Source: an uncultured virus (IMG/VR IMGVR_UViG_2675903516_000002) (lineage: Duplodnaviria; Heunggongvirae; Uroviricota; Caudoviricetes). Taken from it: DNA of 64,000 bases. The stretch lies in IMG/VR virus record IMGVR_UViG_2675903516_000002; one strand, written 5' to 3'. The notes beneath the pieces were generated by a model. That model saw only the letters and a program-made list of their open reading frames with translations. It made no database searches and was not told the DNA's origin. The translations under genes were made by a program, and so were the position numbers. Below, piece by piece: positions 46,625-56,583 of this stretch. Position 1 is the first letter of the stretch. Each line of letters starts with the position of its first letter.

Positions 46625-47134
46625 ATGTTTGATTTTTCAGTGTCCAAACATCCGCACTTTGACAACGCCTGCCGTCAGTTTGCTTTAAAGCACAATTTAG
46701 TCGAGTTGGCAGCAAACGCAGGGATCTCGGCGCAAGTGTTGCGTAACAAATTGAATCCTGACCAGCCACACCGCCTGACCGTTGACGAACTGCTGTACAT
46801 CACCGACCTGACCGAAGACCCAACGTTATTAGACGGCCTGCTGTCACAAATCAATTGCATGCCGTCAGTGCCAGTCAATGAAGCCTGCCCCGGCAATATC
46901 CCGACTTATGCGCTACATGCTACAGCCGCCGTGGGTTCTATTGCTGCCGCTGCGGTACAAGGCAACCATAAAACAGCATTCAGCAAATCTGCTCTGCTGG
47001 ATAGCGTTAATACTGCGATTCGCCACCTGTCACTAATTGGCCTGACAGTGCAGGCGCGCATTCAGTCAACCCCCGCGTTAGCTTCAACCGTTGATGTTAT
47101 TAGCGGCTTGAGTGCTGTCGCTGGTTTGAGTTGA
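46625..47134 (+). CDS. cII: 186-like CII
   Basis: MFDFSVSKHPHFD...LRNKLNPDQPHRLT. Confidence 0.92.
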   Translation: MFDFSVSKHPHFDNACRQFALKHNLVELAANAGISAQVLRNKLNPDQPHRLTVDELLYITDLTEDPTLLDGLLSQINCMPSVPVNEACPGNIPTYALHATAAVGSIAAAAVQGNHKTAFSKSALLDSVNTAIRHLSLIGLTVQARIQSTPALASTVDVISGLSAVAGLS

Positions 47135-47143
47135 GGTGTCTTT

Positions 47144-47329
47144 ATGATTATTTCTATTGCCCCATTGTTGAAACAGCAAAGCCCGGTAAACCTGCGCCAT
47201 TTCGGTAACGGTGTGCTGGAATTGAAGAGCGGCCAGCGCTGGAAGCCGGGAAGTAATCAAAAGGCGCTTTTACAAGAATTGTCCTCTGCAATGAAGACGC
47301 CAATATTACGTCGTCTGTTCGGACGTTGA
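47144..47329 (+). CDS. Fil-like small protein
   Basis: SIAPLLKQQSP...FGNG...GQRWKP; follows cII. Confidence 0.65.
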   Translation: MIISIAPLLKQQSPVNLRHFGNGVLELKSGQRWKPGSNQKALLQELSSAMKTPILRRLFGR

Positions 47330-47340
47330 TTGGGGGTTAT

Positions 47341-47652
47341 ATGCTGCAATTAACGGAAGCTGAAAAATTAAGAATGACGGGTATTGCTCGTATTGCTGAA
47401 TTAAAAGAAACGCATTTCCGTAATAGAAAGAATGTTGCTCTGGAGGCTTTTGATAAATCACCGGCACATTTGCGGAAAACAATCTGTTTTCATGCTGGGT
47501 TAAAAAGCCGTCATGTGAATATGCAGTTTTCAGAATTAACGCCAGCAGAAAGAGAATCTGTTGTTGAAACGTTGAATTACTTAATTGAGTTTACTCGTTC
47601 GTTGCCGTCATTTGTCAGTAATGATGACTGCACACTGAATATTATTAATTAA
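47341..47652 (+). CDS. P2 gpB-related protein (DUF5347-like)
   Basis: TICFHAGLKSRH...FSELTPAERE resembles P2 B. Confidence 0.65.
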   Translation: MLQLTEAEKLRMTGIARIAELKETHFRNRKNVALEAFDKSPAHLRKTICFHAGLKSRHVNMQFSELTPAERESVVETLNYLIEFTRSLPSFVSNDDCTLNIIN

Positions 47653-47717
47653 CCGAATCCGAAATATATGGCGTTTTACTCGCCGGGATTTCCATTACCT
47701 AAAATAAGGTTATAGAA

Positions 47718-48224
47718 ATGAAAAAGACAGATGTATATACCGTGCTGGAAGAAATTGAGCGTGCTCGTGATGTTTTTTCGCATCTGAAGAGATCCAACTA
47801 CACTAAAAATAGAGAAGTAAATGAGGTTGAGATATTTGGTCATTTGTCAAAGGCTATGGTTGCAGCAAACTTAATTTATGTGAAGTCAAAAAATAATAAT
47901 CAAGTACCAGAGAAAAAAGAAAAAGAATGTATAGCATCACCAAAAACTCATCAATTAAAAATTCTACCTGAGTATTATCAGGCTGTAATTGAGGGGAAGA
48001 AAAAAGCGGAGTTACGAGAAAATGACCGAGGTTACTCTATTGGTGATTATTTACTTTTGGCTGAGTGGGATTTTAAAGGCGATGTATATACCGGGCGTAA
48101 AGTCATAGTAGAAGTTACAGATATTACTCTATGTGATTTTGCCACTCCTAATTTTGTCATGCTTTCATTTGATGGCATCGACTCTATCAATACTCATTCT
48201 TTTGATGGAGGCATCCCATTTTGA
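47718..48224 (+). CDS. DUF3850 (ASCH/PUA-like) protein
   Basis: HQLKILPEYYQAVIEGKKKAELRENDRGYSIGD...YTGR. Confidence 0.85.
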   Translation: MKKTDVYTVLEEIERARDVFSHLKRSNYTKNREVNEVEIFGHLSKAMVAANLIYVKSKNNNQVPEKKEKECIASPKTHQLKILPEYYQAVIEGKKKAELRENDRGYSIGDYLLLAEWDFKGDVYTGRKVIVEVTDITLCDFATPNFVMLSFDGIDSINTHSFDGGIPF

Positions 48225-48499
48225 ATAACACTCATCCAGCACAAAATATATGGGTGGGTGTAGACCCCGCCAAGCCGGGCAGTGACAGCTCAGTCACAAT
48301 GATGTCAGTTGAATCAATGGAACTAATGCTCAATGAAGCGCGCATGGATGAAAGAAAGAATCAGGCAGCGCTGGTTTCATTTCGTTTGGATGAGATTGCT
48401 AATCAAATTCTAAACCGAGAATTGAACGGTGTAGAGGCGGCGGAGCTGCTTAACTACATCGCCGAGGGGATTCTTAACCAAGCGCAGGCACAACACTGA
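48221..48499 (+). CDS. DUF2732-like protein
   Basis: LNEARMDERK...EAAELL. Confidence 0.75.
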   Translation: MNNTHPAQNIWVGVDPAKPGSDSSVTMMSVESMELMLNEARMDERKNQAALVSFRLDEIANQILNRELNGVEAAELLNYIAEGILNQAQAQH

Positions 48500-48804
48500 T
48501 GGTTGACGAAATTGTCATTGATGCTCGTTACGCAATTACTTTGTGTGAGCCAACCAAAACTCTAGGCCGAATTCCAAACCTCGTGCTTAACGAGATTAAA
48601 TTCACCAAAGAAAATGAGAGGGTATTGGCGGTAATTGCTCACTATCCTACAAGGGTTAGTTTAGTAAGTGATTTAATTCATCATCGTATTTATCGCTCTG
48701 GCGTTAATTCTATTCCGGCATTGGTTGAAGAAACCAAACGCCTTGCTGAATTATGTGAGAAAGGATTTAAAGATTTTCACTCTCCTAACTTATTACCTAA
48801 ATAA
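48499..48804 (+). CDS. DUF5405-like protein (divergent copy)
   Basis: LNE...IAHYP...LVSDLI...S...L...RLAELC pattern. Confidence 0.55.
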   Translation: MVDEIVIDARYAITLCEPTKTLGRIPNLVLNEIKFTKENERVLAVIAHYPTRVSLVSDLIHHRIYRSGVNSIPALVEETKRLAELCEKGFKDFHSPNLLPK

Positions 48805-48814
48805 AGAGTTTATT

Positions 48815-49078
48815 ATGCATATTAAAATTGGTGAAAAACACGTTGTTACTTCTGGCAGTCTGCAATTTATTCTTAATGAAGTAAAAGTAAGTCAGAAAGG
48901 TAAAAGTGAGGGGCAGGAACGTTTAGAGCCTATTGCTTATTATCCAGCTATTGCACAACTGGTTGAGGGATTAATAAAGCGCAATATAGGTGAAGCGCAA
49001 ATTAATAGTTTTGCATCACTTGGGAATGAAATTGGTCGCATCGGTAAACTGTGCCAAGAAGCCTTTTCAGCCAAATGA
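48815..49078 (+). CDS. DUF5405-like protein
   Basis: IKIGEKHVVTS...QFILNE...IAYYP...LCQEAF. Confidence 0.7.
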   Translation: MHIKIGEKHVVTSGSLQFILNEVKVSQKGKSEGQERLEPIAYYPAIAQLVEGLIKRNIGEAQINSFASLGNEIGRIGKLCQEAFSAK

Positions 49079-51354
49079 CAGATTCAATCCGTGGCCGTAT
49101 TACCCCAACTCCGCCGTTGCCTTATCCGGGCAGCGGCGCTGCTGTTCCTGCCTATACCTACCCCGGCAGCAAACCGCGCGAAACTTTGCCCGGTATTCAA
49201 AGACCGCTTACCCGTGAACAACTGATTCAGGGGCAAGCCGCTTTAGACAAAATCAATAACCTGCCTCACTTTCTGCGTAGCCAGTTTATTTCTCGCTATC
49301 AATACCTGTTAGCCAATAAAGGGCTAAACGACGCTAACAAATGGCTGGTGTTTGTCTTTGACCAGCGTATTTGGCCGCGTATTCAGGTGGTCAATAGTAA
49401 AAATGTTATGCGCCTTAGTGCGTCAATGAGCTTTTCCACTGATGCCCCAACCTATGCCAGCCTCGCGGGTATGCATGATAAAGAGCTGCGCCGCTTTGCC
49501 CGCAAAATCGGTGATGCGCTAATGGTGGCGTACAACCATCATTGTGATGAATGCATTAAGGCTAATCAGGGTGACAGGGCCGTTTTATTGCAGGCCGATA
49601 CACAGGTACGGATATTCGGCGATCTTGCCAGAATGGCGCGCGCTTTTAATATCACCCCGATGCACTGGCGCAAATACCTGAAAGGCCGTTTAGATATCAC
49701 GTCTGCTATCGCCAGTCTGTCACGGCTGGTTAACCCTGAGTGGTGGGAGCGCAAACTCAAAGCGCAGCGCACCCGTTGGCGGGAAGCATTATTGATTGCT
49801 GTCGGTAATGTTAGCCGGGATATTTCAGCATCTTCTTATGCCAGTAAGCAGGCTATCCGCGAAGTGTTCGCCCGTCGCCAGTCTAATCTGGAATATCTCA
49901 AAAGCTGCCAGTTAGAAAATATTGAAACCGGTGAGCGCATCGACCTGATTGATAAGGTGATGGCGAGCATTTCTAATCCAGAAATTCGCCGCATGGAGCT
50001 AATGAACACCATCGCTTTCACGGAAAAATATGCTGCCGGGCAAAAGCACGTCGGTATGTTCCTGACCATCACCACCCCGTCCAAATATCACCCGACTCGC
50101 GTTGTTGGGAAAGGTGACAACGAGAAAGTCCAGCTTAATCATAAGTGGAATGATGAAGCCTATTCACCAAAAGACGGCCAGCGCTATCTCTGCAAGATTT
50201 GGAGCAAGATGCGCACCGCCTTTAAAGACAACGAATTAAGTGTCTACGGAATGCGCGTAGTTGAGCCACACCATGACGGTACGCCGCACTGGCACATGAT
50301 GCTGTTTTGCCAACGCCGCCAGCGCCAGCAGGTAATCGACATCATGCGCCGCTATGCGTTGAAAGAAGATGGTGACGAGCGCGGAGCCGCTAAATACCGC
50401 TTTGAGTGTAAGCACATGAACAAAGGCGGGGCCGCTGGCTACATCGCTAAATACATTGCCAAGAATATCGACGGCTACGCGCTTGAGGGTGAACGTGATC
50501 ATGAAACCGGTGAGCTGCTGACTGACTCCGCTGCGGCGGTAACAGCGTGGGCGGCAACGTGGCGCATCCCTCAGTTTCGCCCGATTGGGCTTCCCTCCAT
50601 GGGAGTCTATCGCGAGTGTCGCCGTATCCGTTCTATTAGTCTGGCTGAGACTTTTGACGAAACCGTGGAAGCTGTGCGTCATGCGGCTGATGAGGGTGAT
50701 TTTGCTGCCTACATCATGGCGCAAGGTGGCACCAATTGCGGCAATCAGACCGTCCGGTTAGCCAAGCGCGTCGCCGATGAACTCAACGCCTACGATGAAG
50801 AAGTACAGAAAGTCGTCGGTATCTACGCGCCGCATTTAGGCGCTGACCATATTCATGAAACCCGCACAACCCAATGGCGCATCGTTGCTGGTGCCGTTGA
50901 CGTTGAGCTTTTGACTTTGAAAAGCGCCTCTGGCGCGCCTCGGAGTCCTGTCAATAACTGTGGGTTAGGTGGAAACACCCAAGCGCCAAATGACCCCAAC
51001 GGGCAGGATAAAACGCCTGTGGCGGCGATGGAATACCCACCGGACGCCGTTATTGACTGGTCGGACACTGCCGCCGTGAGGGCGATTGTGGCCCGCGTTA
51101 AAGAGAAACAGCCAACGATAAGCAAGATGCAACGCAGTTATGACCCCACCAAGGGCCGACTTATTGCGCCATCCGCCCGTTTAACCCGCGAAGAACGCCA
51201 GCGCATCCCCCAAATCCGCAACGATTTACTGTTGAAAGATATCAGCGCCCAACGTTGGGAGCTGGAATCGTTAGCGCGTGGGGCTTCAATGACGTTTAAC
51301 GACACAGTTATTCAATATCCGGCCTTGTCCGACTGGCCGGAATTCGATGATTAA
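49075..51354 (+). CDS. A: Rolling-circle replication initiator gpA
   Basis: EPHHDGTPHWH and GYIAKYIAKNIDG motifs. Confidence 0.96.
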   Translation: MTDSIRGRITPTPPLPYPGSGAAVPAYTYPGSKPRETLPGIQRPLTREQLIQGQAALDKINNLPHFLRSQFISRYQYLLANKGLNDANKWLVFVFDQRIWPRIQVVNSKNVMRLSASMSFSTDAPTYASLAGMHDKELRRFARKIGDALMVAYNHHCDECIKANQGDRAVLLQADTQVRIFGDLARMARAFNITPMHWRKYLKGRLDITSAIASLSRLVNPEWWERKLKAQRTRWREALLIAVGNVSRDISASSYASKQAIREVFARRQSNLEYLKSCQLENIETGERIDLIDKVMASISNPEIRRMELMNTIAFTEKYAAGQKHVGMFLTITTPSKYHPTRVVGKGDNEKVQLNHKWNDEAYSPKDGQRYLCKIWSKMRTAFKDNELSVYGMRVVEPHHDGTPHWHMMLFCQRRQRQQVIDIMRRYALKEDGDERGAAKYRFECKHMNKGGAAGYIAKYIAKNIDGYALEGERDHETGELLTDSAAAVTAWAATWRIPQFRPIGLPSMGVYRECRRIRSISLAETFDETVEAVRHAADEGDFAAYIMAQGGTNCGNQTVRLAKRVADELNAYDEEVQKVVGIYAPHLGADHIHETRTTQWRIVAGAVDVELLTLKSASGAPRSPVNNCGLGGNTQAPNDPNGQDKTPVAAMEYPPDAVIDWSDTAAVRAIVARVKEKQPTISKMQRSYDPTKGRLIAPSARLTREERQRIPQIRNDLLLKDISAQRWELESLARGASMTFNDTVIQYPALSDWPEFDD
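50935..50962 (+). other. P2-type replication origin (nick site)
   Basis: GCGCCTCGGAGTCCTGTCAATAACTGTG within A. Confidence 0.85.
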
Positions 51355-51373
51355 TCTACCTGAGAGGAAAACC

Positions 51374-51733
51374 ATGACTAAAACCGACGCCACTACCCGT
51401 AAACAGGCACAGCGCCAGCGTGATAAATCCGCCGGTATCAATGAAATTCGCGCCCGACTGGAGCCAGAAGAGTTCGCCATGCTAATCGAGGGCATGACCG
51501 CCCGGCGTCTGTTCCGGCCAGCTTACGATTTACCGGAATATATCGCGCTGCTGATTCGACAAGATAACCAGCGACTAAAAGAGCAACAAGCCGAGCTGGG
51601 TAAACAACGCTGTGGCAAATGTGGCGATACCTTGCCGGGCGATCCAAATGGGTGTTGTTTACGGGGTGAAGCGGCGTGTTGGCAAACCAAAGGTATCAAC
51701 AGCTTATTAATTAGTGCAGTTAAACCATTGTGA
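51374..51733 (+). CDS. Cys-rich putative DNA-binding protein, homolog of 28932-29285
   Basis: YDLPEYIALLIRQDN, CGKCGDTLPGD...CWQT. Confidence 0.8.
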   Translation: MTKTDATTRKQAQRQRDKSAGINEIRARLEPEEFAMLIEGMTARRLFRPAYDLPEYIALLIRQDNQRLKEQQAELGKQRCGKCGDTLPGDPNGCCLRGEAACWQTKGINSLLISAVKPL

Positions 51734-51809
51734 CGCGTCACGGCGGATTACTTTTACAACATATAGCGCGTCACAAGCATCTGATTTAACTAAACAGCCA
51801 TATACAGTA

Positions 51810-51854
51810 TTGACCTGAATATTGTTTTACTCGATACTGTATATAAATACAGTA
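51810..51854 (+). promoter_or_regulatory. SOS promoter of tum with LexA box
   Basis: TTGACC-17-GATACT; TACTGTATATAAATACAGTA at 51835-51854. Confidence 0.88.
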
Positions 51855-51870
51855 TAATAAGGAGCCTGCA

Positions 51871-52065
51871 TTGAAACCCGTTGATAAAATAGAATTAACA
51901 CTATCAAGAATTCAGTTTATTGCTGAAGTTTCGCAAGTTGCACAGTGTAGTAATAGCGAGTTTCTTGTCGCCATGTCGTTGATATCAGACCTGACCAGCC
52001 AGATAGTCACGAGCCAAAATTATGATGAGATTTTCTATAACGCCGACGGTAAAAAATCGCACTGA
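51871..52065 (+). CDS. tum: Tum-like SOS-induced antirepressor
   Basis: LSRIQFIAEVS...AMSLISDL; LexA box; position as in phage 186. Confidence 0.75.
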   Translation: MKPVDKIELTLSRIQFIAEVSQVAQCSNSEFLVAMSLISDLTSQIVTSQNYDEIFYNADGKKSH

Positions 52066-52241
52066 TAAATCCCCCATAAAATAATGCATGTGTGGCCTCC
52101 CATCGTGATTTGGGTCATGCATGCATATAGTGCATGATTCCGCATGTTGATCCCCTCCCCTATTTCCCCTGTTAGCGCCAGTTCCGGCGCGGATCTCAAT
52201 GGATCATGCAAGTGCATGAAAAGCGACCTGCAAAGCGCGCA

Positions 52242-52260
52242 GGCGTGGCGGGGATAGCAT
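52242..52260 (+). other. cos site (19-nt cohesive end)
   Basis: GGCGTGGCGGGGATAGCAT, near-identical to the 186/P2 cos as recalled. Confidence 0.88.
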
Positions 52261-52423
52261 TGCGCGCAAAGGGTTTTGATACCCTTATTTATAGATCTTG
52301 GGCGGGCCGTGGTGCTGCGTTCGGTTGGGTTGGGAATCAATGCGTGTTCATGGGTTGCGAGGGCGTAGCGGGCGTCTGGTGGCGTATGGTGCGAGGTGTT
52401 GGAATTGCTACTTTTCGGGCATG

Positions 52424-52447
52424 AAAAAGCCGCCCGGTTCGGCGGCT
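52424..52447 (-). terminator. Terminator of P-Q operon
   Basis: agccgcc-loop-ggcggct plus T tract on minus strand. Confidence 0.7.
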
Positions 52448-52471
52448 ATGATATTCAAAAATATCAATTAA

Positions 52472-52861
52472 CTATTTGCAAACTTGAAACGCCGCCAACT
52501 TATTGTCATCCGTAAACTGTGCGGCAACAACGCCGTCTTTGACCAGTGAATTAATAATTCCAAGCGCGCCAGTCATGTATTTGCCTTTAGACATACCGCA
52601 AGCTACCTCAGAGTCATGGGCTAACGTCGCGTTACACTCTATTCGATGCGATACCAGCGCAGTAATACAATCCGGGTCAAGTGACAACGCTTGATTAAGA
52701 ATATCAACAGCCAGTTGCGCTGTGATTTTCTGGTTAGTTTGAGTTTCCATAATTATTACTCGTTTCGTTTCGCATTTTTGGGGTGGCTGAGGCGGTGGCG
52801 CGGGCCTCTTCACAATATCGCCGGGGTTATATGGCGGTGGTGTTGGCGCTTTACGTCCCAT
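52472..52861 (-). CDS. Hypothetical protein, homolog of 16177-16491 (alternative start 52750)
   Basis: Starts right after portal stop; Pro-rich N-terminus. Confidence 0.7.
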   Translation of the reverse strand: MGRKAPTPPPYNPGDIVKRPAPPPQPPQKCETKRVIIMETQTNQKITAQLAVDILNQALSLDPDCITALVSHRIECNATLAHDSEVACGMSKGKYMTGALGIINSLVKDGVVAAQFTDDNKLAAFQVCK

Positions 52862-52862
52862 A

Positions 52863-53900
52863 TCAATCCTCGCTTATCAGTTCATAAGGCTTGAACCGGA
52901 TCACCTCTTGCCCTATCCAGTCATTCACCTCTTTCAATCGTTCTTGCAACGGCGTTAACTCATTGCGGACAAAGACTTGTGAGGCTTTCGCCACGTCACC
53001 GAAACCGCCAGTATTGTTGGGAATAATCCCCATCATCTGCGGTGGCACCCGGTGCACACTGAGCAGGTCGTCGCGGGTGGCGTTCTTGATATTAAAAAAG
53101 TCATCTTTGGTGGCGACTTCGCTCAACGGTAAAATCTGGATACCGTCTTTCTTGCCATTAGGTGCGTACATAAACAGGTTGCGGAAATTGCCTAACCCTT
53201 TAGTGTCGCGCATCGCTTTACGCATTGCCTCAATATCGCTGCTACTTTGCGCGGCGTCAGTCATATACAGGATGTATCCCGCGTGAGCGCCGTTCTGGTA
53301 ATACTTGCGTCGAAACAGCGTGGCCGCTTCGTTGAGCCAGGCAGAGTTTAAGCCGCTGAGATATTCCGGCAGGCCATAAAGTTCCTGATTAATATCCGGC
53401 TCTATCAAGTGGAAAATGCTACCAGCTTCAAACAAGTGTTCATTTTTCCAGTTCTGCACAAACCAATAGCAATCTTTTTCCAGCCCCCGGCGGGTGTACT
53501 TGGCCGGGCTGGGGTCGAGTCGCAGTGGCGCGCCAAGTTGATTGCGGCGAACCTCTAAAAACGCATTGCCAAACACCAGATAATCCAGTGCATAGCGGCT
53601 AAATGATTGCTGACTGAGCATCGAATGTGGAATAAAGGTACTCGCCAGAATATTGCGCTTCACATACAGCGGTGAGCTGTGATGCACCGCCGCCCGGAAG
53701 CTGCGCGCCAGCCCATCAAAGCTAATCGGCGGGTCATACCATTTACCGTTACCGGTGCATTCGATGTAATCCAGTATTTCCCGCTTATCAAGAACGGCGG
53801 AGGGCTCGCCAAAGGTGAAAGCCTCCACCGGCTGCTGTTGACTGGCGGTGTGATTAGTTGCCGGGCGACTTAATGCCTTGCGGCCCTTGCGCTTACTCAT
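52863..53900 (-). CDS. Q: Portal protein
   Basis: EAFTFGEP, YGLPEYL, YYQNGAHAG, HRVPPQMMG. Confidence 0.96.
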   Translation of the reverse strand: MSKRKGRKALSRPATNHTASQQQPVEAFTFGEPSAVLDKREILDYIECTGNGKWYDPPISFDGLARSFRAAVHHSSPLYVKRNILASTFIPHSMLSQQSFSRYALDYLVFGNAFLEVRRNQLGAPLRLDPSPAKYTRRGLEKDCYWFVQNWKNEHLFEAGSIFHLIEPDINQELYGLPEYLSGLNSAWLNEAATLFRRKYYQNGAHAGYILYMTDAAQSSSDIEAMRKAMRDTKGLGNFRNLFMYAPNGKKDGIQILPLSEVATKDDFFNIKNATRDDLLSVHRVPPQMMGIIPNNTGGFGDVAKASQVFVRNELTPLQERLKEVNDWIGQEVIRFKPYELISED

Positions 53901-54661
53901 TTCACTTCTCCTGCATTGTTTGCCGCTTGTGACCAGTCGCACAAATATAAGAGCTTGAAATCATCCGCCGTCATGTGTTTTTCCAGCCAACCCTTATCCC
54001 AATCTTTTTCCCATAACGTGCAGCCTTGTTGAATGGCATCATCAGTCGTGACCGATTGACGAAATACATCATCAGCACAAAAAACGCCGTTATTTGTGTG
54101 TATCACCGGTGCTGTTTTTCGTGGGTGTTGCAGTGAACTATTCCAAATCTTGAACGCAATATGTGAGCGGGAGGGTGTGGTATAGAGCGTTAAACGATGA
54201 TTTTTGTGCATCGCTATCCCCTTAGCCATTTGCAGTATTGAACGCGGGTTTTTAGCCCATGCATATTCACCCAGATACACATTCCCGGTTTGAGCGGCTG
54301 CGTGACTGTTTTCACCGTGAAAGGCGATAAGCGCGCCATTACCTAGCAGCAGGTTACTCGGCGAGAATGGGTGCACGTTTACCCCAACTACTCGGCAAAA
54401 CTCGGCAATATAAGCGCGGGTATTCAAGGCGCTTGGTCTGGTGCAGGTTAAAAAATGCTGATTGCGGCCGCTGGTAATGGCATCCAGTAACGCTTCAAAA
54501 GCGAAAAGCCAGTCGGCCCCAATCTGGCGCGACTTGGTGAGACTGCGATCTGTGCCGGTCTGCCCCACGCGATACCACGTCTTTTGATAGTCAAAGGCCG
54601 CGTTTTCGAAATGTTCGCGCAGGCCGTCAACTTGACCAGCAGTGAAAATCATTGATTTCAT
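53897..54661 (-). CDS. Truncated terminase ATPase paralog
   Basis: FDYQ, KSRQIGA, GRNQ, GNVYLGEY; lacks the HTH and nuclease regions of gpP. Confidence 0.85.
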   Translation of the reverse strand: MKSMIFTAGQVDGLREHFENAAFDYQKTWYRVGQTGTDRSLTKSRQIGADWLFAFEALLDAITSGRNQHFLTCTRPSALNTRAYIAEFCRVVGVNVHPFSPSNLLLGNGALIAFHGENSHAAAQTGNVYLGEYAWAKNPRSILQMAKGIAMHKNHRLTLYTTPSRSHIAFKIWNSSLQHPRKTAPVIHTNNGVFCADDVFRQSVTTDDAIQQGCTLWEKDWDKGWLEKHMTADDFKLLYLCDWSQAANNAGEVK

Positions 54662-56430
54662 CCGTAAAACTCCAAAAAATTAGGGCTGTGACCGCCATAT
54701 GTCGCGGTAAGGGGTTCATTTAACAGAGCGTGCATAATTGCCCACGCCACATCGGCATGGCTGGCTTCTTCACTGCGGCTGGCGACATAAGTGGAACTCT
54801 TACCGCTGGCGGTCATAGTCTTGCGAATGGCCATAAATGACTGGGTGATATCGGTGTGGCCAGTGTCATATTCCAGACGGCCGTTATTAATGGTGTGCTT
54901 GGCTTTCAGCACCATGGCGGTTTTGATTTCAGGGGTGTATTTGATTTCCCTTGCGGCTGGGAAGAACTGGCGCACCAACTGGAAAACGCCTTGGCCGACG
55001 GTAGTGGCATCAATACCGATATATTCCACACAATACTTATGCGTCAGCTCTTCGATATGTTTAGCCTGCGCTTCAAAATCCATCCCTTTCCACTGGTGGC
55101 GCTCCAATACGCGGAACTTGCCGCCCGGCACCATTGGCGGTGCGATCCCCGCGCACCCGGCACTGTCGCCGCCGTTGGCCTCGGACGGGTCGTAACCAAT
55201 CCACACCGGGCGATGCCCAAACGGCCGCAACGAATACGGGTTGTAGTCTTCCCACTCTTCCAGACTGTCCACCATACAAGCCTGCAACTCGGCGAACGGG
55301 AAGACGGACGCTTGATCGTCCACAAACTCGCACATCAACAGGTTTTGATATTCTGACGGGCCGTATTCCAGTGAGAGCTGGTTGAGGTCAAACAGGTTAC
55401 AGCCGCCCGCCAGTGCATCTTCAACTGTGACTATCTGCCGCCACTGACCATCATCACACAGCGCACCACGAGCCAAATGGCTGTGGCTTAAATCCAGTTG
55501 GATATGGTCGGATTTATTGCGGCGGCCTTTATTGAACAGCTCACCAGACCAGAACGGATAGGCACTGTGCGCCAGACTCGACGGCGTGGAGAAATAGGTG
55601 GTACGCCATTTTTTATGTAATGACATGCCGCTTGCGACTTTGCGCAGTTCCTGAAACTTGGGTATCCAGAAATATTCATCAAGATAGAGATTGCCGGTGT
55701 AGCTCTGCGCAGTACGTACGTTCGTGCCGAGAAAGAACAGGCGCGCCCCGTTGGGTAGCACCATCGGGTCGCCTTTCAGGTCAACATCAACCATGCGGGC
55801 AAAGTCGATAATGTAGCTTTTGAACACGTGCGCCTGTGCCTTACTGGCGGACAAAAATATCTGGTTACGCCCGGTGGTGATGGCATCTAACAGCGCTTCG
55901 CGGGCAAAGAAGAAGGTAGCGCCAATCTGACGCGACTTCAGGATATTGCGGATACGGTGGGCTAGCCCGGCCTCAAACCAATTACGCTGATAATCAAAGA
56001 TATTTTCGTGAAAAATAGATTCCAGTTTTTCAATCGCGGATTCACTGAACAGGTTTTTATCCGGGATTTTGCGCTCCCCTTTGTTGCGGTTCGCCACATT
56101 TGGATTTAAATCCGCTTCGCTGCCGGTCTGGCTATAGCGGTTCACCCGCGCCAGCCGTTCAATCTGGCGGCCTAACAGGTCAATCTCTTTAAAATCCCGC
56201 CCCTCTTTGGCGTCTTTCATGATGAGCTGAATCAACCGCGCTTCCATGCTGGTTTCTACACGAGAAATGGGCGCAATAGCATCCCACCCGTCGCGCTTCT
56301 TCCAGCTCTGCACAGTCGGCGATTTCAGGCTTAGCTGGTCTGCGATTTGGCGCACAGAAAAACCCTGCCAGTAAAGCAAGGCCGCCTGTCGCCGTGGGTC
56401 GCTGATAATGGTGCTCGGTGTCGTATTCAT
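54658..56430 (-). CDS. P: Terminase ATPase subunit
   Basis: LKSRQIGAT, GNLYLDEYFW, WIGYDP, HADVAWA. Confidence 0.96.
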   Translation of the reverse strand: MNTTPSTIISDPRRQAALLYWQGFSVRQIADQLSLKSPTVQSWKKRDGWDAIAPISRVETSMEARLIQLIMKDAKEGRDFKEIDLLGRQIERLARVNRYSQTGSEADLNPNVANRNKGERKIPDKNLFSESAIEKLESIFHENIFDYQRNWFEAGLAHRIRNILKSRQIGATFFFAREALLDAITTGRNQIFLSASKAQAHVFKSYIIDFARMVDVDLKGDPMVLPNGARLFFLGTNVRTAQSYTGNLYLDEYFWIPKFQELRKVASGMSLHKKWRTTYFSTPSSLAHSAYPFWSGELFNKGRRNKSDHIQLDLSHSHLARGALCDDGQWRQIVTVEDALAGGCNLFDLNQLSLEYGPSEYQNLLMCEFVDDQASVFPFAELQACMVDSLEEWEDYNPYSLRPFGHRPVWIGYDPSEANGGDSAGCAGIAPPMVPGGKFRVLERHQWKGMDFEAQAKHIEELTHKYCVEYIGIDATTVGQGVFQLVRQFFPAAREIKYTPEIKTAMVLKAKHTINNGRLEYDTGHTDITQSFMAIRKTMTASGKSSTYVASRSEEASHADVAWAIMHALLNEPLTATYGGHSPNFLEFYG

Positions 56431-56476
56431 GCCATTAGGCTACGCGACCAGCCCGACCCTCTGCGCGTACTCGCTG

Positions 56477-56496
56477 TTGTGCCAGCCCCGTCACAA
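56477..56496. promoter_or_regulatory. Ogr/B-type late activator site between P and O
   Basis: tTGT-N12-ACAa. Confidence 0.75.
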
Positions 56497-56583
56497 CTGG
56501 CTTTCGTTGTTGCTGCCGCCATACATCAGGAAACTAAGCCCCGAACCGAATAATAATAATCACACTGAATGGAGCAGCCACTT

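Noticed and set aside
52035..52424. ORFs over the cos region
   Set aside because: Region is the cos site with TGCA-rich flanks; translations look spurious
53928..53941. TGTGACCAGTCGCA resembling the shared palindrome
   Set aside because: Mismatched and explainable by the CDWSQ codons; not counted
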